From: Candidatus Fredericiella danica
GTDB lineage: Bacteria; Chloroflexota; Anaerolineae; Caldilineales; Caldilineaceae
Reading direction: 5' to 3'
Assembly: GCA_016713335.1 (NCBI GenBank)
Contig: JADJPH010000034.1
Location: forward strand, 9,145 to 73,144
Length of the DNA: 64,000 nt
In this document: piece after piece, positions 57,443 through 64,000 of the stretch
Numbering within the stretch: the first letter of the stretch is position 1
Layout of the letters: each line of letters opens with the position of its first letter
Program-made: the position numbers and the translations under genes
Notes under the pieces: generated by a model
Seen by the model: only the letters and a program-made list of their open reading frames with translations
The model's database searches: none
Told to the model about the DNA's origin: nothing

Positions 57443-58747
57443 TCCGGTCTGGAGTGCCTTGCGCACCGCGCTGATCGACGGTTCGATCACGCGTACACCG
57501 CCGGCGACCTGAATAGCCGCGCTGACGTCCTTTAACCCATTGCCGGTGTTGATGACGACGATCGTTTCCTGCGGGGCGACAAGCCCTTCAGCAACGGCCT
57601 GCTGGAGGCCGGCGAACGCGGTTGCCCCAGCCGGCTCGGCAAAGACCGCGCCCAGGCGCGCAAGGGGCAGGATGGCCGCGAGGATGGCATCGTCCTCGAC
57701 CGCAATGAAGGCGCCGCCGGTCTGGCGGATGGCATTGAGCGCTTTCACGGCGTCCCGCGGCGCATCGACGCTGATGCTATCGGCGCGCGTCGTTGCCTGT
57801 ACGGGTTCCGGAATCACGCGGTCGTCGCGCCACGCCTGGTAAATGGCCGGACTTAGTTTTGACTGCACCCCGTAGATGCGCGGCATTTTGGCGATCCATC
57901 CAAGCGCCAGCAGATCTTTGAAGCCCTTGTGTACGCCGCCAACGATGCTGCCATCACCGACTGAAACGAAGACCGCATCCGGCGCGGCGAAGCCGGTTTG
58001 GGTTTCGAACGCGGCGAAGCCGAGTTGCTCGGCGATTTCGAACGAGACCGTCTTCTTCCCTTCGGTCATGTAGGGGTTGTAACCGGTGTTGCGATTGTAC
58101 CACCCGAACTCCGCGCACGCCTCCATGCACAGATCAAAGGCTTGATCGTAGACGCCATCGATGGCGAGGACGGTGGCGCCAAAAACCAGCAACTGGGCGA
58201 TTTTGGCCTGTGGTGCAGTCTTGGGGACAAAGATGATCGATGGTTGATTAGCGGCGGCCGCCTGGCTGGCCAGCGCAGCGGCCGCATTGCCGGTGCTCGC
58301 CGTTGCGACGATGGGCCAGCCGCCTTCCTGTGCGCGGGCAACCGCAATGGCCGAGGCGCGATCTTTGAGCGATGCGCTTGGATTGCGCCCGTCATCTTTG
58401 ACATAAAGTCTGGAGAGTCCCAGCGAATCGCAAAGCCGCCTGGCATGGGTCAATGGGGTGGCGCCAACCACCAGCGGTGGTAGGCTGCGGCGGTCGGCGA
58501 TGGGCAGCAGCGGCCAGTAACGGCCGATGGCGTGATCTGGGTCGGCGGTGATCTGGGTGGGTGCAACGGCAGCCGCAATGGCTGCGTAGTCATATTCGAT
58601 GTTCAGAAAACCCATATCGCTGCCGGCGTTGGGGCTGCAGTTGCAAACATAGGCGACTGATGTAGGCTCAATGGTGCGTCCGCAGCGCAGGCACCGAAGG
58701 TTTGTGACAAATGGCCCGATTGAACTAGTAGGCAGTGAACCCGTCAT
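57437..58747 (-). CDS. thrC: Threonine synthase-like PLP enzyme with an N-terminal zinc ribbon
   Basis: LRCLRCGRTIEP...YVCNC, PLTHARRL...LYVKDDGRNPSASLKDRAS (PLP lysine), ATASTGNAAAALA. Confidence 0.7.
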   Translation of the reverse strand: MTGSLPTSSIGPFVTNLRCLRCGRTIEPTSVAYVCNCSPNAGSDMGFLNIEYDYAAIAAAVAPTQITADPDHAIGRYWPLLPIADRRSLPPLVVGATPLTHARRLCDSLGLSRLYVKDDGRNPSASLKDRASAIAVARAQEGGWPIVATASTGNAAAALASQAAAANQPSIIFVPKTAPQAKIAQLLVFGATVLAIDGVYDQAFDLCMEACAEFGWYNRNTGYNPYMTEGKKTVSFEIAEQLGFAAFETQTGFAAPDAVFVSVGDGSIVGGVHKGFKDLLALGWIAKMPRIYGVQSKLSPAIYQAWRDDRVIPEPVQATTRADSISVDAPRDAVKALNAIRQTGGAFIAVEDDAILAAILPLARLGAVFAEPAGATAFAGLQQAVAEGLVAPQETIVVINTGNGLKDVSAAIQVAGGVRVIEPSISAVRKALQTGS

Positions 58748-59069
58748 GGTGTTTGAATCCTGCGTATGGTGAAAAAAATGAAACGGTTGTTCTTTGACAA
58801 TCTGCAAGTTACTTGCAAAGTTCCTTACGTAGTATTCTCGTTATACTGGGAATGCCGTCATGGGACGTCTTTATCGGCCCAGGCAACCTGGGTGGATTGA
58901 AATTGATCGTAACGCATTTTGCTGAATGTGCAAGCGCCCAAGCCCCTGTGATGGTGCGCGTACGTCCGGTGTAACTAGATTGGACTCCAGCGGCCAGCGT
59001 GTGCATATAGACTTTTAGGTGCAATGTGCCATAATCGCCGCAGCTTGAGTGAGGGCAGGAGACTGGAAA

Positions 59070-60264
59070 ATGGAACAAATGGATCGTTATCCCAGCTACG
59101 TTGTGTCAGTGGCCGGCGCCTTAAGTAGCACCGATCAGCCACTTGCGATCGATACGCTTGTCGACCGCGTGCGGGGAGCTCGACCGGACACCAAGGGCGT
59201 CCGCACTGGTGTCTATCGCGCGCTCAAGCAACTCTACCAGGCGGTGCCCGTCGCCCCAGACCGTTACGGTTGGCTATCGCACCTGCTCCGTGACAATGTT
59301 GTCCGCCATCCGCTCTCAAACGAAGAGGTCCGGCGCGGTTACCTCTTGCTTGATGAACTGGAGCACGCCATCCTCTTCCCGCAGTTCTTTCAGAACCACC
59401 GTCCTGACAACCGCAAAGTGACGATTGAACTCTTCGGGGATGAGGTGCTGCAGGCGGAAGCGGCGATTGAGAAACGCACCTGGTCGCTAAAGCTTGGTGA
59501 GCCATTTGTGAAGTGGATCGATGACCAGGGGGGGCAGGGTCGAGACGATATCATCATCTCCGTCCGAGACGCAGTTGCCGGCATCTATCAAGTGCGCCTG
59601 TTGCCCCGCGAAGGTCGTGACGAAGAGACCATCGAGCAACGGAGCATTGCCGTAGCGGCCGTTGCCGAGGAACTTGTGATGGATTTGCGCCGTGCAGAGC
59701 GCGCGGTGCCGGCATGGGAACTGGTGGCGCTGCTGATTGGACGCGGTCTCTATGTCGACCCCGTGCCGCCGGACGATTTGCATCTTTTGCTACAACGCCA
59801 TAGTATGTTGGCGTTGCTGGAAGGTGAAGGCTATACAGTCGCCGATCGCCGTGAAACAAGCAACATGGTGCGGGCGCCATTCGCTCGGCGAAACGACAAC
59901 TTTGACCCTATGTTTTGGGGAACCTGACGACGCAGATTGGAACCGTGACCAGGACGGACCCTCGTCCGGTGGCTTCGGCAATGGCAATGATGATTCGTGC
60001 CAGGACTATGAGGAGTACTTGGAAGAGCACCGAATGGCGGGTGCTCCAGGCGCGCCCCTTGGGCATGGCGATTATCATCTGCTTGAAGCAGAATTGGAAC
60101 TTCTTGGACTTGAGCAAGAGTTCGGCTATCTGTTGCCAGAGCAACAGGCGCGCGTGCAAGCGCTGGCCGAACGGCTATTTATTGATCCGGAAGTGCTCCG
60201 TAGCCGCGAGCAAGACGCACCCGATGAGGGTGATTTTGACGAGCCGCCTTTCTGGCAGAACTGA
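59070..60264 (+). CDS. Hypothetical protein with a HARE-HTH-like N-terminus and an acidic C-terminal tail (frameshift at TTTTGGGG 59913-59920)
   Basis: ORFs 59049..59927 and 59737..60264 are colinear. N-terminus LAIDTLVDRVRGARPDTKGVRTGVYRALKQLYQAVPVAPDRYGWLSHLL. Tail EPDDADWNRDQDG...DDSCQDYEEYLEE...EQDAPDEGDFDEPPFWQN. Confidence 0.5.
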
Positions 60265-60307
60265 ACGCCGCGTCTGCTCTGCACAAGGTAATTCGAGGAG
60301 TTTGCAT

Positions 60308-60340
60308 AGACCGCAGGCGTGAAAGCTGCGGTCTTTTTTT
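60308..60340 (+). terminator. Intrinsic terminator
   Basis: Stem AGACCGCAG / CTGCGGTCT (9 bp), loop GCGTGAAAG, then a T7 run. Confidence 0.8.
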
Positions 60341-60350
60341 GTAATTTGCG

Positions 60351-60677
60351 ATGACAATGAAAAAACCAGTAAACTGCCGATATTTCTATGGCGATTATTT
60401 TCGTGGTAAAGAGAAGGAAGAGTGTCGCCTGCTCGCCGCGAGTCCTGAGAATACGCGACCTTGGAAGCGTGGGCACTGCGACAGTTGCCCCGTTCCTGCG
60501 ATCGTGATCGAGAGCAACAGCCGGGACCTACTGCTGGAAGCGGCAGTAAAGCGACGTTTCCTGAGTGAGCACGTTGAGGTGACATTTGCCGTCTGCAGTA
60601 AACACATGCAGCAGTTGGAGGATCCCCTCTACTGCCCAATGTGCGCTGCCGAGCTTCAAGGCGGATCCGGTTCTTGA
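60351..60677 (+). CDS. Small Cys-rich (putative zinc-binding) protein
   Basis: 108 aa with 7 Cys, including CDSC and CPMC pairs. It lies 12-24 nt upstream of the patatin gene and downstream of a terminator. No family was recognised. Confidence 0.5.
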   Translation: MTMKKPVNCRYFYGDYFRGKEKEECRLLAASPENTRPWKRGHCDSCPVPAIVIESNSRDLLLEAAVKRRFLSEHVEVTFAVCSKHMQQLEDPLYCPMCAAELQGGSGS

Positions 60678-60689
60678 CGCACAGCGTCT

Positions 60690-61556
60690 GTGGGAGGTCA
60701 AGTGAAACGGGCCTTTGTGTTGGGCGGGGGTGGTTCACTCGGTGCGCTCCAGGTTGGCGCGTTGCGGGTGCTGCTGGAACGAGACATCCGTCCGGATTTC
60801 GTCGTCGGGTGCTCGGTTGGCGCGCTGAACGCACTTGGCGTTGCCACTGAATTCAGTTCAGAGCAACTGGAACGGACTGCGGTGCTCTGGCGGCAAGTGA
60901 CGCAGCAAGTAGTCTATCCTGGCTCGCGCCTGAACATCTTCTGGCGCGTGGCCACGGGTAAGGATAGCCTTCACGACAACCGGCGCTTCTATCAATGGCT
61001 GCGTGATTCCTGCAGTTCGCCGGCGTTGACGTTTGGCGCGCTCCATGGCGCACGCCTCTATGTGACGGCCACACACCTGCGCACCGGACGGCTTCATGTG
61101 TTTGGCGATGATCCAAACGATCGTGTGCTCGATGCACTGATGGCGAGCACTGCGTTGACGCCCTTGCATCCCCCTTGGGAGATCAACGGCGAACGCTACG
61201 TGGATGGCGCCACTGTTACGCCGCTGCCGATCCGTGTGGCGCTGGAGCGCGGTGCAACGGAGATCTTTGCGCTGCAGCTTGGCGATAGCCCCAATGCTGC
61301 GTCATCTGCACCGGTGCATGGTGTTGTTGGGCACATTTCGGCGGCGGTCGATACGATGCTGCGGCTGCAAGCTGAACACGACCTCCACCTTGCCACGACG
61401 ACACGCAACACGACTGTCCATTGCCTCCATCTCTACGCTCCCTTCCGACTGGACGGTACGGACTTCAGCAAGGGCGACGAACTGATTGAGGCCGGCTATG
61501 CTCAGGCGCTCGAACAGATGCAGATGTGCCGCGGCCAGGCAATGCGACGCCTGTGA
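60690..61556 (+). CDS. Patatin-like phospholipase (RssA-like)
   Basis: AFVLGGGGSLGALQVG (oxyanion GGGxxG), GCSVGALNA (GxSxG), YVDGATV (catalytic DG). Confidence 0.85.
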   Translation: MGGQVKRAFVLGGGGSLGALQVGALRVLLERDIRPDFVVGCSVGALNALGVATEFSSEQLERTAVLWRQVTQQVVYPGSRLNIFWRVATGKDSLHDNRRFYQWLRDSCSSPALTFGALHGARLYVTATHLRTGRLHVFGDDPNDRVLDALMASTALTPLHPPWEINGERYVDGATVTPLPIRVALERGATEIFALQLGDSPNAASSAPVHGVVGHISAAVDTMLRLQAEHDLHLATTTRNTTVHCLHLYAPFRLDGTDFSKGDELIEAGYAQALEQMQMCRGQAMRRL

Positions 61557-61667
61557 GCCGCGCCGAAGGTTGGTGGCAGAATCTGATGGGTCGCAAGAAC
61601 CCCACACGGACTGATGATTCATTACTGAATTTGGGGCAGCCTCGGATAGAATAAAGAAGGTTAAGCC

Positions 61668-61770
61668 GAATCACTGGGGAGCTCAGGTAAGCTGGGCTGA
61701 GAGGGTGGCCATTGTCGTCACCGACCCGTATACCTGATCTGGGTAATGCCAGCGTAGGGAGCAGCGGAAT
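61668..61770 (+). promoter_or_regulatory. TPP (THI-box) riboswitch
   Basis: CUGGGGAGC...GCUGGGCUGAGAG...GACCC...ACCUGAUCUGGGUAAUGCCAGCGUAGGGA matches the THI-box core. It lies upstream of thiB. Confidence 0.9.
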
Positions 61771-61794
61771 CAGCCACCGTTCTGTGAATTACGC

Positions 61795-61827
61795 AGGGCC
61801 TTATCCGGCAAGGGTAAGGCCCTTTTT
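61795..61827 (+). terminator. Riboswitch expression-platform terminator
   Basis: AGGGCCTTA / TAAGGCCCT 9-bp stem, 11-nt loop, then TTTTT. It ends about 20 nt before the thiB start. Confidence 0.75.
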
Positions 61828-61848
61828 CATTGGTTGGAGGTCAAAAAC

Positions 61849-62928
61849 ATGATGGTCAATAAACGATGCCTGGCAGTTGTCATTGCACTCGTCGTGGCTG
61901 CTGTGACCCTGGTCGGCTGCACAGCCCAATCGCCGGTCGCCGGCCCGGCTGCGCCGGTCACGCTCGTTGTGGCGAGTCACGACTCGTTCGCGGCGAGTGA
62001 AGCGGTGATCGCGCAGTTTGAACAGGAGCACAACGTCAAGGTGCAATTTCTGACCCTTGGTGACGCCGGCGCCGCGCTCAACAAGATTATTCTTAGCAAG
62101 GATGCTCCAGTTGCCGATCTCTTCTATGGCGTCGACAATACGTTTCTGAGTCGCGCCGTGACGTCGGGGGCGTTTGAGCCTTATACACCCACCCAGTTGA
62201 GCGCAGTGGCCGCGGACCTACAGCTTGATGCGAGCCATTCGTTGACACCGATCGATTATGGTTTTGTCAACCTTAACGCTGATGCCGCCTGGTTCAAGTC
62301 GCACAATGTGCCGCTGCCAACGCAACTCGAAGATCTGATCAAACCCGAGTACAAGGGGCTGCTCGTGGCGCCAAACCCGGCGACGTCATCGCCTGGGCTA
62401 GCGTTTTTACTGACCACGATCAGCTACTTTGGCGAGGATGGGTATCTCGACTACTGGCGGGCCTTGCGGGCGAACGATCTGCTTATCACGGATGGCTGGA
62501 GTGAGGCTTATTTCGATCACTTCACCGTCGGCTCTGGCGGTAAGGGCGATCGGCCACTTGTAGTCAGCTATACGACCAGCCCGCCGGCGGACGTGGTATA
62601 TGCAACGGACGGGAGAACCGCGCCGGCCAGCATCAATGTGGCGATCCCGGGCAGCGCCTTCCGGCAGGTGGAGTTTGCGGGGGTGCTGAAGGGCGCCAGG
62701 CAGCCCGAACTTGCGCGCAAGCTGATCGATTTCATGTTGGGCCGCGAGTTTCAGGAAGACATCCCGTTGCAGATGTTCGTCTTCCCGGTGAACCAGGAGG
62801 CGCAACTGCCAGAGTTGTTTACGGCCTATGCCCAGGCGCCTGCGGACCCGGTGATCTTTGACGCAAGTGCGATCGATCAGAATCGCGAACGCTGGTTGAA
62901 GGCGTGGTCGGACGTCGTATTGCGCTAA
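61849..62928 (+). CDS. thiB: Thiamine ABC transporter substrate-binding lipoprotein
   Basis: GGAGG RBS, lipobox LVGC, and the ThiB/TbpA-like N-terminal pattern [36 protein letters not shown]...ADLFYGVDN. Confidence 0.85.
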   Translation: MMVNKRCLAVVIALVVAAVTLVGCTAQSPVAGPAAPVTLVVASHDSFAASEAVIAQFEQEHNVKVQFLTLGDAGAALNKIILSKDAPVADLFYGVDNTFLSRAVTSGAFEPYTPTQLSAVAADLQLDASHSLTPIDYGFVNLNADAAWFKSHNVPLPTQLEDLIKPEYKGLLVAPNPATSSPGLAFLLTTISYFGEDGYLDYWRALRANDLLITDGWSEAYFDHFTVGSGGKGDRPLVVSYTTSPPADVVYATDGRTAPASINVAIPGSAFRQVEFAGVLKGARQPELARKLIDFMLGREFQEDIPLQMFVFPVNQEAQLPELFTAYAQAPADPVIFDASAIDQNRERWLKAWSDVVLR

Positions 62929-63002
62929 TGCCGCGCGAGGAACCAGGGTGCAGATAGATGCGCGCAGGCTTGTAAGAATTGGCCGAGGAGAAGAGCAGTG
63001 CA

Positions 63003-64000
63003 ATGGTCCCGCGCACCGGCCGTCGTGTGGCGAGGCCACACCGCGTCCGGCGCGGCCTCTTGACGCTGCTCTACCTGGCGCCGCTGCTATTCCTCGCCCT
63101 GTTTTACGTCTATCCGCTACTGGCAATCTTTCAAGCGAGCTTCTCGCAACCGGGCGCGTTCACGGCCATCTTCGCAGCCATCCTCGATCCTGCGCTGCTG
63201 CAGCTTGTTTGGTTCACTGCCTGGCAGGCGGCGGTGTCGACGGTGGTGACGGTGCTCGCCGGGCTGCCCCTCGCCTATGTGTTTGCGACGTACGACTTCC
63301 GCGGCAAGAGCCTGCTCAATGCGCTCTTGACGATCCCGTTTGTCATGCCGACCGTGGTGGTGGCGACGGCGTTTCTGGCGTTGTTGGGCCGCGGTGGGCT
63401 GGTCAATGAGACGCTGCAACGCGTTTTTGGTGTGTCCGCACCGCAATTGCACGCTGAACAGACCCTCTGGATCATCCTGCTGGCGCATGTGTTCTTCAAT
63501 GTTGCCGTCGTGATCCGGACCGTGGGCGGCTTCTGGAGCAATCTGAACCCGCACCTGCGCGAGGCTGCAGGGATGCTGGGGGCGCCGCCGGCGCGGGTAT
63601 TCCGGGAGATCACATTGCCACTGCTGGCGCCGAGTCTGCTTTCGGCAAGCCTCCTGATCTTTCTCTTCACGTTCACGAGTTTCGGGGTGATTTTGCTACT
63701 TGGAGGCCCTGGGTTTGCAACAATTGAGGTCGAGATCTATCGCCAGGCGGTGAATTACTTCAATCTGCCCATCGCCGCCTTTTTGTCCGTGCTGCAACTG
63801 TTGATTACCTTTGGCGTAATGATTGCCTACACGCGGGCGCAAGCGCAGACGAGCCGCACGCTGCGCCAGCAGAGTGCGAAACGGACGGCGCGGCGACCCG
63901 CCAACTGGCGGCAGGCGCTGGTGGTGGCGGTTTGCATTTTACTGACGGTTGGGGCGCTGTTGGCCCCGCTGTTGGCGCTGGCATGGAGTAGTATCCGTGT
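63003..64000 (+). CDS. thiP: Thiamine ABC transporter permease, 5' part (continues beyond the window and is absent from the ORF track)
   Basis: The frame is open from ATG 63003 to the window end when I translate it by hand: MVPRTGRRV...[22 protein letters not shown]...[22 protein letters not shown]...[27 protein letters not shown] (the ABC permease EAA loop). Confidence 0.85.
   Translation, partial: MVPRTGRRVARPHRVRRGLLTLLYLAPLLFLALFYVYPLLAIFQASFSQPGAFTAIFAAILDPALLQLVWFTAWQAAVSTVVTVLAGLPLAYVFATYDFRGKSLLNALLTIPFVMPTVVVATAFLALLGRGGLVNETLQRVFGVSAPQLHAEQTLWIILLAHVFFNVAVVIRTVGGFWSNLNPHLREAAGMLGAPPARVFREITLPLLAPSLLSASLLIFLFTFTSFGVILLLGGPGFATIEVEIYRQAVNYFNLPIAAFLSVLQLLITFGVMIAYTRAQAQTSRTLRQQSAKRTARRPANWRQALVVAVCILLTVGALLAPLLALAWSSIR

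Noticed and set aside
58803-58817. A 15-bp palindrome TGCAAGT-T-ACTTGCA in the thrC/HARE-like divergent region, together with a search for a riboswitch in the thrC leader.
   Set aside because: It is a single occurrence. The leader shows no known riboswitch core and no convincing terminator/antiterminator pair.
60690-61556. Patatin as the CapV effector of a CBASS system.
   Set aside because: No CD-NTase/cyclase, E1/E2/JAB or other CBASS genes are adjacent. The neighbours are a small Cys-rich ORF and a thiamine transporter. It is retained only as a low-confidence two-gene hypothesis.

Overview
This is a GC-rich bacterial chromosomal segment. I found no rRNA, tRNA, CRISPR, transposase, integrase or phage genes. 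I can support about 50 protein genes, one TPP riboswitch, several intrinsic terminators and a few unusual repeats. Main content, in order:
- kdpD (partial) and kdpE.
- A DevS/DevR-like GAF kinase and NarL-type regulator next to a USP gene.
- An Rph/PpsA-like PEP-utilising enzyme.
- A CBS-ACT / PFOR (nifJ) / DHOD-like / triple-USP / CBS gene string.
- A roughly 9 kb gene for a giant DUF11-repeat surface protein of about 3000 aa.
- pncB, ftsK, two further histidine kinases (one hybrid, one with all catalytic motifs degenerate), RNase J and a family-4 UDG.
- A MocR / ilvE / methyltransferase / azlCD operon, then xseA.
- A PLP-enzyme / M50-like / dNK-like / YgeY-like / thrC neighbourhood.
- A small Cys-rich protein with a patatin gene.
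- A TPP-riboswitch-controlled thiB-thiP operon. thiP runs off the 3' end of the window and is therefore missing from the ORF track.

Two points apply across the window.
1. At least about 25 reading-frame breaks split 16-17 otherwise ordinary genes, including ftsK, PFOR and xseA. Every break I could localise to the base falls in a homopolymer run or short dinucleotide. The assembly therefore looks indel-prone rather than biologically decayed. My coordinates give the repaired full-length spans.
2. High GC creates many long antisense ORFs in the track. I rejected these.

The most interesting signals:
- The DevRS-like module and a palindrome it shares with the PFOR/USP/CBS cluster.
- A 40-bp perfect palindrome of heptamer repeats between rnj and a methyltransferase gene.
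- A roughly 420-bp composite repeat array in the MocR-xseA intergenic region.
- A pseudo-histidine kinase.
- An uncharacterised protein with a HARE-HTH-like N-terminus and an acidic tail.

Gene content is loosely reminiscent of Chloroflexota, but I cannot establish taxonomy without a database search. All family assignments rest on motifs I recognise by eye, not on searches.
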